64,000 nucleotides of DNA from Syntrophales bacterium. Lineage in GTDB: Bacteria > Desulfobacterota > Syntrophia > Syntrophales > JACQWR01. Where the stretch lies: the NCBI GenBank assembly GCA_049302035.1, contig JBAQLR010000108.1, forward strand, positions 4,886-68,885. Direction: 5' to 3'. The notes under the pieces are model-generated. The model was not told the DNA's origin. It made no database searches and saw nothing but the letters and a program-made list of their open reading frames with translations. A program made the position numbers and the translations under genes. Of the stretch, positions 49,367 through 57,589 are shown in pieces. How positions within the stretch are numbered: position 1 is the stretch's first letter; each line of letters begins with the position of its first letter.

Positions 49367-50353
49367 TTAGAGGCCTGAACCATTATGCAACCGCTGCTCC
49401 CACCGCCAGGCATCGGCAACGATCGTCGGGAGATCGTCAAAGCGCGGTTGCCAGCCGAGCTGTTCCCGGATGCGTTCCGCTTTAGCCACCAGACTGGCTG
49501 GATCTCCCGGGCGGCGCGGCGCTTCCAGGACGGCAAAATCAACCCCCGTGACCTCTTTCATCACCTTGATCACCTCCCGGACACTGCTGCCCTGGCCGTA
49601 ACCAACATTAAACGTCGTTGACTCGCCGCCCCCCTCCAGGTACTTGAGCGCCGCCAGATGGGCGCTTGCCAGATCCTCGATGTGGATATAATCACGAATC
49701 CCCGTGCCGTCAGGGGTCGGATAGTCCGTGCCAAAAATGGCGACAGCTTCCCGCATCCCCAGCGCCGCCTGGCAGCAAACCTTGATCAGGTGCGTGGCAT
49801 CGGGCGTCCGCTGCCCCATCCGCGCCTGCGGATCGGCGCCCGCCACATTGAAATAGCGGAGCGCGACATACTTAATGCCGTGTGCCAGGGCCGTATCCCG
49901 CAGCATCCATTCACTCATCAGTTTGGAAGCGCCATAGGGATTGATGGGAACGGTGGGACTTTCCTCCGCAGCCACGCCGGTTTTCGGCAAACCATAAACC
50001 GCCGCCGTACTGGAAAAGATAAACCGCCGCACCCCGAAACGAACACAAGCGGTAAGCAGATTCAGGGTGTTGCGGGTGTTGTTGTTGTAAAACTTGAGCG
50101 GCTCCGTGACCGACTCCGGCGCCACGATGGAAGCGGCAAAATGCAGCACCGTGTGGACAGGATGCTCCTCAAAAAGCGTTTGTAACGCCGCCGTATCGCC
50201 AAGCTCTCCCACAACCAGCTCTTCGCCATGGAGCAATGCAGCGGGCGAACCAGTCGAGAGATTGTCAAAAACAACCACCCGCTGCCCCGTCTCCGCAAGC
50301 TGCCGCACCACATGGCTCCCGATATAACCCGCCCCTCCCGTAACCAGAATCAT
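49367..50353 (-). CDS. galE: UDP-glucose 4-epimerase (second copy)
   Basis: 'MILVTGGAGYIGSH' and 'YGASKLMSE'. The start is trimmed to the Met at 50353. Confidence 0.85.
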   Translation of the reverse strand: MILVTGGAGYIGSHVVRQLAETGQRVVVFDNLSTGSPAALLHGEELVVGELGDTAALQTLFEEHPVHTVLHFAASIVAPESVTEPLKFYNNNTRNTLNLLTACVRFGVRRFIFSSTAAVYGLPKTGVAAEESPTVPINPYGASKLMSEWMLRDTALAHGIKYVALRYFNVAGADPQARMGQRTPDATHLIKVCCQAALGMREAVAIFGTDYPTPDGTGIRDYIHIEDLASAHLAALKYLEGGGESTTFNVGYGQGSSVREVIKVMKEVTGVDFAVLEAPRRPGDPASLVAKAERIREQLGWQPRFDDLPTIVADAWRWEQRLHNGSGL

Positions 50354-50442
50354 AATTGTCCGCCCCTCATATAATTGCTCCCCTTGCTGCCATCCAGCCC
50401 CTCTTCTTACTCCCCGCAAAAGCGGGAATTCAGGATCATCCT

Positions 50443-52296
50443 TCACTGCGGCATGTATTCCGGCACGATCTCTTTCAGTTTGCTTTTTATGGCCTCGGCA
50501 TCAAACCTATCCGCGATGACGACTAATTCATCAACCGCCGCCGAAATTTCTGCGTAGGAAAAATGATGATTTCCCCGCAGCACCATGATCTTTTCGTGAT
50601 GCGTCGGAATAATCCCCTCGCCTTCCGTAATCAGTTCTTCGTAGAGTTTTTCTCCCGGCCGCATGCCTGTCGTCACAATTTCGATATCTTTGCCTGGTTC
50701 TAAACCGCTTAGTTTGATCATGGAATGGGCCAAATCGATGATGCGCATGGGCTCGCCCATTTTCAGGATGAAGATTTCCCCACCCTTGCCCATCGCGCCG
50801 GCCTGCAAAATAAGCTGGGCGGCCTCGGGAATGCTCATGAAATAGCGGGTGACATCGGGATGGGTAATCGTTATCGGGCCGCCGGCGGCTATCTGTTGGC
50901 GGAAAAGGGGAATAACCGAGCCGGAACTGCCCAGCACATTGCCGAACCGCACGGCAAGAAATACCGTTTTAACACTGCCATTGAAGCTGGAAGAAAGAAT
51001 TTCGCAAATACGTTTTGTCGTCCCCATGACATTGGTGGGTCGCACGGCCTTGTCCGAGGAAACAAGGATAAATTTTTCGGCGTTGCAGGCGATGGCGGAA
51101 AGCGCCGTGTTCCTCGTTCCCAGCAGATTATTATGGACCGCTTCCCAGGGATTTACTTCCTGCATCGGCACATGTTTATAAGCGGCAGCATGGAAAACAA
51201 CCTGTGGTTTAAATTCCTGAAAGACACGTTCTGTCGCGCCGGGGTTCCGCAAATCGACAAGATAGGCGCAAACATCTTTATAGGCTAATATTTCCCGACA
51301 TTCCATCTCCACCTTATAAAGATTTAATTCGCTGAAATCCAGCAGGGCCAGAGCTTGCGGCCGAAATCGTGCAATCTGCCGCACGAGCTCCTCACCAATG
51401 GAGCCGCCGGCGCCGGTAATCAAAACGCGCTTCCCCAGGAGGTAGCTTTCTATCTCCTTATTGTCCAAGCGGACTTCCTCCCTGCCGATCAAGTCGGCGA
51501 TGGTGACTTCTCGCACCATCTTCAGGGAAACAAGTCCATCAATTAACTCGGCAATAGCCGGCATGGTCTTAAAAGGCTTGCCGGTACTTTTACACGCGAC
51601 GACAATACGTCGCATCTGAGTGCTGTTGGCCGAAGGCGACGTTATAAGAATCTCATCAAAAAAATCGCGATACGATTTTATCTGATCAATATTCCCCAGC
51701 ACGCAAATGCCATGGATAGATCTCCCTATTTTTTCATGGTCATCGTCGAGCAAACCGATGGGGACAAGCTTCACGCCGGGGTTTATCAGCATTTCGCGGA
51801 TAACGCGCTCCGCTGTTGTGCCGGCGCCAATGAGCAGCAACCTTTTGCCATCATGATGTTTTTCGTTCAGAAATAAAGACGGCCGCGTCTGCTCATTAGC
51901 CAAAGCAATGCGGATTGCCAGACGCGACCCGGCTATAAAGAATAACGTCAGTATGTAATCCATGATCACAATGGAATGTGAAAACCCCGCCAATCCGAAG
52001 AGAAATGTTTTGACCAGCACAAGCAGGACGGAGGCAGACGAAGTAGCCTTCAGAATATTCAGGAAATCCACCAGGCTGGTGTACCGCCACATCCCCCGGT
52101 AGAGATTAAAGACTATAAAACAAACCATCTTCAACGGCACGGCAACAAAGATGGTCTGCCTGAAAGTAACAAAGTAATCTTCCGGGATTCGCCCTTCAAA
52201 GCGCAACGCGTAAGCAAGGAAATACGCCAACCCGCTGAGAACTGCATCAACGGCAAACATCACCCAAAAGCTCTTATTCCTAACCAGTTGCTTCAT
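50443..52296 (-). CDS. membrane-bound nucleotide-sugar 4,6-dehydratase (CapD/PglF/WbpM-like)
   Basis: Four N-terminal TM helices, two Rossmann regions ('LLIGAGTTAE' and 'VLITGAGGSIGEEL') and 'MGTTKRICE'. Confidence 0.85.
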   Translation of the reverse strand: MKQLVRNKSFWVMFAVDAVLSGLAYFLAYALRFEGRIPEDYFVTFRQTIFVAVPLKMVCFIVFNLYRGMWRYTSLVDFLNILKATSSASVLLVLVKTFLFGLAGFSHSIVIMDYILTLFFIAGSRLAIRIALANEQTRPSLFLNEKHHDGKRLLLIGAGTTAERVIREMLINPGVKLVPIGLLDDDHEKIGRSIHGICVLGNIDQIKSYRDFFDEILITSPSANSTQMRRIVVACKSTGKPFKTMPAIAELIDGLVSLKMVREVTIADLIGREEVRLDNKEIESYLLGKRVLITGAGGSIGEELVRQIARFRPQALALLDFSELNLYKVEMECREILAYKDVCAYLVDLRNPGATERVFQEFKPQVVFHAAAYKHVPMQEVNPWEAVHNNLLGTRNTALSAIACNAEKFILVSSDKAVRPTNVMGTTKRICEILSSSFNGSVKTVFLAVRFGNVLGSSGSVIPLFRQQIAAGGPITITHPDVTRYFMSIPEAAQLILQAGAMGKGGEIFILKMGEPMRIIDLAHSMIKLSGLEPGKDIEIVTTGMRPGEKLYEELITEGEGIIPTHHEKIMVLRGNHHFSYAEISAAVDELVVIADRFDAEAIKSKLKEIVPEYMPQ

Positions 52297-52342
52297 AAGC
52301 TATCGCCTTCCTTCGGCTGCTACCGCCCCTGCTATGAGCGCT

Positions 52343-52379
52343 GCCATAAAATTTTAAAGACCTGCCCCCCAAAGTTGCA
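52343..52379 (-). repeat. CJR copy 0 (diverged)
   Basis: gccataaaattttAAAGACCTGcCCCCCAAAGTTGCA. It contains the stop codon of ATPase 1. Confidence 0.55.
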
Positions 52380-53667
52380 TGTTGTTCGGGGTTTGAAAAT
52401 CAATTTGGTTGTTGTCGATCGTCCGGGCGGTTTCCAGGGAACGATTCAGGATCACGAATTTTTCCGGGTGGTAGGCGTCGATGAAGCTGCGGCCGGAGCG
52501 ACTGAGCCCGGGCCGATCCAGATCGGCGAATTTGACTTCCATGGCCATGATTTTCCCCGCCTGTTCGACCACGAAGTCCACCTCCCCACCGCCCTTGCTT
52601 CTCCAGAAATGGATGTCTGAAGTCAGCGGTATACGTTTGTAAAGCTCCGAGAACGCCCAGTTCTCCATCAGGGCGCCTTTGTCGGTTCTCAACAAAATGT
52701 CGTCCGAAAAGGCATTGAGCAACTGATTCCGTATCCCGTTATCGATAAAAAATATTTTAGGCGCCGTGGTAAGTTCCCGGCGCTTCCCGCCGGCAAAGGG
52801 CCGGACAACTTTGACGATATGGCTCTCCTCAAGAATTTCCACGTAGGCATGGATCGTGCCCGCGTCCACACGGCACACCGAAGCCAGTTCCGAAAAATTC
52901 ACAAGATTTCCGGTTTGTCCTGCCAGCAACGTGAGGAGTTTCCGGAAAACATCCACCCGTTTGATGCGGAAGAGATCCGATGCGTCTCGCAGTATCAAGG
53001 CTTCGGTCAGGTCGGAGAGCAGGCGAACCCGATCCTGGTCCGCGGGCGCAAGATAAACGGCCGGGTAACTGCCGTGGATCATCTGCCGGTGGAAAATTCT
53101 CTCGCATAAACTCCTCATGGCGACAGGATTCTCCGGGGTTTCCTGTCGCATCAATTCCTTGAGACTGAACGGCAGCAGCCGCAGCCGGTCCGCCCTGCCC
53201 GCGAGGGATTCCCTTGTCTTGCTCATCAAGTGGAAGGATGAAGAACCGGTCACCAGAACGGGGATGCCCAATCTGGCGTCTACCAACCCCTTCACGAAGA
53301 TGCCGGCGTCGGTCAGGTGTTGGGCTTCGTCAAGAAAGAGGGCACGGATGAAGGAATAGCGTTCCCGGAGCAGCGAAACAAGCTCTACAGCAACGCCGAG
53401 GACCGAGCGCAGGAGCGGGTCTTCCAGATTGAGGTAAAGAATATTGGGCGCAAGAGATTGGAGAAGGCGCCAGGCAAGGGTGGACTTCCCGGATTGACGG
53501 GGGCCGACGATGAGGAGGGCGCGATCTTTCCGGAGCGAAACCGGTTCAGGCTCGCGCAGAACATAGGTTCCGGGAAGATAGCGACGAATCAATCCGTCGG
53601 CCTGGCCAGGCTGCGTCAGCCAGGGATTGTATTGAAGTATCCGGTTTTGGACTTCGCCACTCAACAT
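52354..53667 (-). CDS. DUF4143-type AAA+ ATPase with a C-terminal PD-(D/E)xK-like motif (COG1373-like), paralogue 1
   Basis: Walker A 'GPRQSGKST' and Walker B 'LFLDEAQH'. The C-terminal motif is 'FWRSKGGGEVDFVVE...AMEVKF'. An alternative GTG start lies at 53673. Confidence 0.8.
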   Translation of the reverse strand: MLSGEVQNRILQYNPWLTQPGQADGLIRRYLPGTYVLREPEPVSLRKDRALLIVGPRQSGKSTLAWRLLQSLAPNILYLNLEDPLLRSVLGVAVELVSLLRERYSFIRALFLDEAQHLTDAGIFVKGLVDARLGIPVLVTGSSSFHLMSKTRESLAGRADRLRLLPFSLKELMRQETPENPVAMRSLCERIFHRQMIHGSYPAVYLAPADQDRVRLLSDLTEALILRDASDLFRIKRVDVFRKLLTLLAGQTGNLVNFSELASVCRVDAGTIHAYVEILEESHIVKVVRPFAGGKRRELTTAPKIFFIDNGIRNQLLNAFSDDILLRTDKGALMENWAFSELYKRIPLTSDIHFWRSKGGGEVDFVVEQAGKIMAMEVKFADLDRPGLSRSGRSFIDAYHPEKFVILNRSLETARTIDNNQIDFQTPNNMQLWGAGL

Positions 53668-53673
53668 GGCCAC

Positions 53674-53702
53674 TGTCTATCCTGTCTAATAATGATTGTC
53701 AA
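53674..53702 (-). promoter_or_regulatory. candidate promoter abutting the ATPase-1 start (leaderless layout)
   Basis: On the minus strand: TTGACA (53702-53697), 17 nt, TAGACA (53679-53674), 6 nt, ATG (53667). Confidence 0.45.
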
Positions 53703-53969
53703 CCATAATCAGCCATCATAATCGGGGATGTCTGCAAAAATAGGAATGGATAGGCGCTGTCTGTCCCCGGAAAAGCTTACAAGCTGTTTCAATACGTGTT
53801 TTCTTACACTGCCGTAGAGGGCTTTGTATATCAATCGAGGTAATTCGTCAAACCCTGTATTCCATTTTCTTCACTCGCACTATAGAAGTAAGCCCTTTAT
53901 CGAAGGGAACCATAGCGCTTTACATATCCCCCCTTTTGTGTTGGCAAAAGCGGTGAAGGTTTCTATTGC

Positions 53970-54090
53970 GAGACCTTTGAATTTTGTCATTTCGAGGAGC
54001 ATTAGCGACGAGAAATCTTAATGCTCGTGTATAGTTAAAGATTTCTCCCTTCGGTCGAAATGACAATATTGGCAGTTATTCAAAGGTCTC
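53970..54090 (+). mobile_element. 121-bp MITE, copy A
   Basis: Terminal inverted repeats GAGACCTTTGAAT...ATTCAAAGGTCTC. It is about 97-99% identical to the copies at 60830, 62414 and 62926. Confidence 0.85.
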
Positions 54091-54111
54091 AATGACGCCC
54101 TAATTAACCGT

Positions 54112-54152
54112 CCCCCCGGCAAAACGCTAAAAAGCAAGACCTGACCCCCAAG
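54112..54152 (-). repeat. CJR copy 1
   Basis: CCCCCCGGCAAAACGCTAAAAAGCAAGACCTGACCCCCAAG, 6 nt downstream of the sugar-transferase stop. Confidence 0.85.
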
Positions 54153-54158
54153 TACTCC

Positions 54159-54734
54159 TTAATGGTGAACATTCTCCGCCCGCGTAACCTTAAAAAACGT
54201 CAAAACCAGTATCTTCAAATCAAACCAAAACGAGCAGTGATGCAAATAATACTCATCAAACTCCACCTTTTGGGGAATCGGAATATCATCCCGGCCGTTA
54301 ATCTGCGCCCAGCCCGTGATCCCCGGAATTAATCGATGAACACCGCGTTCCGTCCGCAAGGCAATCAGATCATCCTGATTGAACAACGCCGGCCGGGGCC
54401 CCACAAAACTCATATCGCCCTTCAAAACACTCCACAATTGCGGTAATTCATCCAGACTTGATCTTCGCAGAAAGGGACCAATTGGCGTCAGAAACTGATC
54501 GGGATCCGATAACAAGTGCGTCGCAACCGCAGGCGTATCAATACGCATCGTCCTGAATTTCGGCATACGGAAAATACTGTTGTCCTTACCAACCCGATCA
54601 GACCAATATAAAAAAGGCCCTTTTGATGTCGTTTTCACCAAAAGGGCAACAATAATCATCGGAACGATTAAGACTAAAAGAAGAATTATCGTAGCAGTTA
54701 AATCAAATAATCGCTTAACGACCTTATAAACCAC
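54159..54734 (-). CDS. small polyprenyl-phosphate sugar-phosphate transferase (PglC/WbaP-C-terminal type)
   Basis: One TM helix, then '[25 protein letters not shown]...[21 protein letters not shown]'. The start codon is GTG. Confidence 0.85.
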   Translation of the reverse strand: MVYKVVKRLFDLTATIILLLVLIVPMIIVALLVKTTSKGPFLYWSDRVGKDNSIFRMPKFRTMRIDTPAVATHLLSDPDQFLTPIGPFLRRSSLDELPQLWSVLKGDMSFVGPRPALFNQDDLIALRTERGVHRLIPGITGWAQINGRDDIPIPQKVEFDEYYLHHCSFWFDLKILVLTFFKVTRAENVHH

Positions 54735-54790
54735 CTGATTCCCGCATTCCCTACCTTGCTCTGTGGCTGGTTCAATCTTACAGATTGGAC

Positions 54791-54850
54791 CAAAACACTA
54801 AGCAACTATGAACTAAGAACTAATAACTAAAAAGACCTGACCCCCAAAAC
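54791..54850 (-). repeat. CJR copy 2, with a central 4 x 7-bp expansion
   Basis: CAAAACACTAAGC-[AACTATG AACTAAG AACTAAT AACTAAA; 54804-54831]-AAGACCTGACCCCCAAAAC. Confidence 0.8.
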
Positions 54851-54854
54851 TTGC

Positions 54855-55253
54855 TCACCACAAAACGTGCAACCCGTTTTTACGGTACGCTGAAAAGGCC
54901 TTGTCCTGAGATATGAGCGTTAGTTTGTGAGTAATGGCCTGCCAAATAATCAAACGGTCAAAGGGATCTTTGTGTTCCTTGCGCGGCAGGTTGTGAAAGG
55001 TGGCCGCATCTGTATCGGCAAGCGGCAGGATGTCAAAACCCGATTGGAGAACAAGTGCGGGGAAGTTCTCAGGCGTTACATTGCCCAGGTCAAGCCTGCC
55101 AATAGAATACTTGAGGGATATCTCCCAAAAGCTGACCACACTGACCAACACGGCCATGTCGGGGTTCCGGATACTAATCGCAGCTTTTTTCCCAAGCCGT
55201 TCGGGATCAAAAAGCGACCAGAGCAACGTATGTGTATCAAGAAGGAAACTCAT
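54855..55253 (-). CDS. vapC: PIN-domain toxin
   Basis: 'MSFLLDTHTLLW' and 'HKDPFDRLIIWQA' are VapC signatures. Confidence 0.85.
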   Translation of the reverse strand: MSFLLDTHTLLWSLFDPERLGKKAAISIRNPDMAVLVSVVSFWEISLKYSIGRLDLGNVTPENFPALVLQSGFDILPLADTDAATFHNLPRKEHKDPFDRLIIWQAITHKLTLISQDKAFSAYRKNGLHVLW

Positions 55254-55495
55254 AGAGACAGAAACTCATTCTCACTGATCTTGAAGTCATCCTTTAGGGA
55301 AAACGATGCCTTCCCGGCCAAGAGCCCTAACTTACGTTCCGGTTTGCGTTCGTAGTGCGAAAAGGGAACCAGCACGGCTATCTTCTCCTTCTTTTTGCCG
55401 AAGCTGATGACGATGTCCTCACCCTGTTGCACTAATTCAAGCGCCTTTGAAAAATGCGCTTTCACGTTACCAACTGTCATGGTATGCATAGCCAC
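55250..55495 (-). CDS. Phd/YefM-type antitoxin
   Basis: 81 aa. 'VKAHFSKALELVQQGEDIVI'. Its stop overlaps the vapC start. Confidence 0.7.
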   Translation of the reverse strand: MAMHTMTVGNVKAHFSKALELVQQGEDIVISFGKKKEKIAVLVPFSHYERKPERKLGLLAGKASFSLKDDFKISENEFLSL

Positions 55496-55514
55496 TTACC
55501 TCATTTTTTATTTC

Positions 55515-55543
55515 AGTATATGCTTTTCGTGACATGTTGTCAA
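55515..55543 (-). promoter_or_regulatory. candidate promoter of the phd-vapC cassette
   Basis: On the minus strand: TTGACA (55543-55538), 17 nt, TATACT (55520-55515). A GAGGT Shine-Dalgarno sequence precedes the ATG at 55495. Confidence 0.55.
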
Positions 55544-55584
55544 GAAAATGAAGGCAGTGCTATAGTACACTCAGCACTATCTTT

Positions 55585-55624
55585 CCCCGGCAAAACGCTA
55601 AAATGCAAGACCTGACCCCCAAAA
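55585..55624 (-). repeat. CJR copy 3
   Basis: CCCCGGCAAAACGCTAAAATGCAAGACCTGACCCCCAAAA. Confidence 0.85.
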
Positions 55625-55631
55625 TCATTGC

Positions 55632-55925
55632 TTAAAGGGTGGCCGAATTGAGCCAGTCTTCCAGGTTGACGTTCAAGGCCATGTTCCTCTTTTTCAGCAG
55701 CAGGAGAAAGTCCCAGGTGTCCAAATCCAGCAGGCGGCAGGCTTCTTCAACGGAAAGATCGCCGGTCTGATACTTCGCCAAAAGCCTCTCCTGCCTGTCT
55801 TCTGCAAACCCTTTTTGCAGGATTTCCCGCAGATACGCCGACTTATCGAGGCGCATATCTTTGACAAACGAGGTTAGCTCCTTCAAAAACTCTTCAGGTA
55901 TCCTCACGGTTGCCGGTTTCAACAT
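55632..55925 (-). CDS. UPF0175-family antitoxin-like protein
   Basis: 'VRIPEEFLKEL...LAKYQTGDLSVEEACRLLDLDTWDFLLLLKK' fits the UPF0175/COG2886 pattern. Confidence 0.55.
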   Translation of the reverse strand: MLKPATVRIPEEFLKELTSFVKDMRLDKSAYLREILQKGFAEDRQERLLAKYQTGDLSVEEACRLLDLDTWDFLLLLKKRNMALNVNLEDWLNSATL

Positions 55926-56475
55926 TTCCCATCTCCTTCAGTATCAATAAAGCTTCAGCAATGATATCCGGTGCATACTGTCCCTCAATGCGCATCTTTT
56001 CAATGGCTGCTTTTGCCAAAGGTTTTTCGATGCATCCATGCCGGTACAGCTCCGTGGCGATCTTCGGGGATATGATAAAGGGCAGATTCAGAAATCTGCA
56101 TGTTTTAATGGCCTTCCCGTCGTCCGTGGCCAGGATCGCGCCTTCGCCCATCTCCTGTGCGAGCCTGATTGCCGCCCATTCCCCCTTGCCAAGCGTAAGG
56201 GGAGGCTTGCGATCCGGTAATTCTTTGGAGAATATTTCAATGTTTCCCTGTGAAGTCATGACGGATATACTTTTCGCATCGGGAAACTTCTCGATCGTAT
56301 CCTGATTGACCACTTCTTCGAATACCGCCGCCGGGATGATTGAGTCAAGACGAAAAACCAGAAACTGTAGAAACGCTAAAATGTGTATTGTTAAAAGGGT
56401 GCGGGCTGATTCGGAGAGCTTTTCCGGCTGGCCGGCAGCCCACAGGACAATGTGGGTATCGAGCAGCAGCTTCAC
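55894..56475 (-). pseudogene. chimeric ORF: VapC N-terminal fragment fused through a CJR half-site to an N-terminally truncated COG2405/DUF3368-like PIN protein
   Basis: Residues 1-29, 'MKLLLDTHIVLWAAGQPEKLSESARTLLT', are a VapC N-terminus. The linker 'IHILAFLQF' is encoded by the half-repeat at 56369-56384. The remainder, 'IPAAVFEEV...LGKGEWAAIRLAQE...ILATDDGKA', is DUF3368-like and lacks its first Asp segment. Confidence 0.55.
56369..56384 (-). repeat. CJR half-site (distal half only)
   Basis: AGAAACGCTAAAATGT matches the repeat up to its centre, after which the similarity stops. Confidence 0.6.
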
Positions 56476-56732
56476 GAAGGCGTTCCTTCAAAAAGTTCGA
56501 CCAGCGACCTTGCCGCCAGAGAATCAAAATCGTCGGGTACCGCAATCTCACCGGCCATAAACCCCAGCTTTTCAGCCCCTTGCAACTCCCCTTCCGATAG
56601 CGGCGAAACCTTAACCATCGGCTTGCCTGCCTTGGCAATGATAAAAACATTCCCTTTGGCGGCCTCATCGACCAGGCGTGAAAGGTGCGTCTTCGCTTCG
56701 TGGATATTGACGGTTTGCATGGAACACCTCAT
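56472..56732 (-). CDS. Phd/YefM-type antitoxin
   Basis: 86 aa. 'VNIHEAKTHLSRLVDEAAKGNVFIIAKAGKPMVKV'. Its stop overlaps the truncated vapC start (ATGA). Confidence 0.7.
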   Translation of the reverse strand: MRCSMQTVNIHEAKTHLSRLVDEAAKGNVFIIAKAGKPMVKVSPLSEGELQGAEKLGFMAGEIAVPDDFDSLAARSLVELFEGTPS

Positions 56733-56799
56733 AGGACTTAGTTTAGTGGGCTAAGCCTAATCTTCTCATATTCAGCCTTTGTCAAGTTTTCCTCTTGCT

Positions 56800-56839
56800 C
56801 CCCGGAAAAACGCTAAATGTTCAAGACCTGACCCCCAAA
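56800..56839 (-). repeat. CJR copy 4
   Basis: CCCCGGAAAAACGCTAAATGTTCAAGACCTGACCCCCAAA. It contains the mazF-like stop codon. Confidence 0.85.
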
Positions 56840-57186
56840 TAGAGGCTGTTCTTGAGCGCCATGTCCACCTTTTCCATGAGCTCATCTGAGAGAGTCGCAA
56901 GTTTCGACCCGGTCAACCGCCCCTTATCGAGGGTGCGGATCTGTGAGAGATTGACGATGGAATCCTTTTTCAGGCCGGAATCTTTGCCGATGACTACGCA
57001 GATTGGGTAAGTAGCTTTTTTCTCGGAATATTCGGTGATGACGGCGACGATGGTCGTGGGTGAATACCGATTGCCGACATCGTTCTGAACAATCAGCACC
57101 GGCCGGGTTTTTCCGGTTTCGCTTCCCACCACTGGGTCGAGCGCTGCGTAATAGATTTCTCTTCTTTTGACCTGCAGAGGAGTCAT
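56821..57186 (-). CDS. MazF/PemK-family toxin
   Basis: 'REIYYAALDPVVGSETGKTRPVLIVQNDVGN'. Confidence 0.85.
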   Translation of the reverse strand: MTPLQVKRREIYYAALDPVVGSETGKTRPVLIVQNDVGNRYSPTTIVAVITEYSEKKATYPICVVIGKDSGLKKDSIVNLSQIRTLDKGRLTGSKLATLSDELMEKVDMALKNSLYLGVRS

Positions 57187-57461
57187 GGAGCAACCTCGGG
57201 GAGATTTTCGGCGTCAGAGAATTTGAAATCCTCACAGATACGGATGTTTTCCTCGGCGAGATCCTGATAGGCTGCTTTCATTCGTGCCTCGAGATCCTGC
57301 CTGTCGAGCTGCATTAATTTTTCCTCGATGGATTCCCGCACGAGTGTGGAAACATTTTTCCCTTCCCGGGTAGAGGCTTGGGAAAGCCTGTTCTTGATCT
57401 CTGCAGAGAGTTGAATATTGAGCCGCGTTTTTTCCTGCTGTGCCGTTGAGAGCATTTTCAC
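57183..57461 (-). CDS. ribbon-helix-helix (CopG-like) antitoxin
   Basis: 'RLNIQLSAEIKNRLSQASTREGKNVSTLVRESIEEKL'. It overlaps the toxin start. Confidence 0.65.
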   Translation of the reverse strand: MKMLSTAQQEKTRLNIQLSAEIKNRLSQASTREGKNVSTLVRESIEEKLMQLDRQDLEARMKAAYQDLAEENIRICEDFKFSDAENLPEVAP

Positions 57462-57542
57462 ACCTCTATTTTATGTATAAATGATGTGTAATATCTTGTA
57501 GCAAAAAACGACAGGGAGAGCAATGGAAAATCTTCCCCACCT

Positions 57543-57589
57543 CCCCGGCAAAACGCTAAATTTCAAGACCTGACCCCCAAAAAGTTGCA
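57543..57589 (-). repeat. CJR copy 5 (closest to consensus)
   Basis: CCCCGGCAAAACGCTAAATTTCAAGACCTGACCCCCAAAAAGTTGCA. It encodes the last 10 codons of ATPase 2. Confidence 0.9.

Noticed and set aside
53764-53786. TCCCCGGAAAAGCTTACAAGCTG as another degenerate junction-repeat copy, about 60 nt upstream of the ATPase-1 promoter
   Set aside because: It resembles the consensus only if three deletions are assumed, which is too short and gapped to call by eye. It is worth re-testing with a profile built from the good copies.
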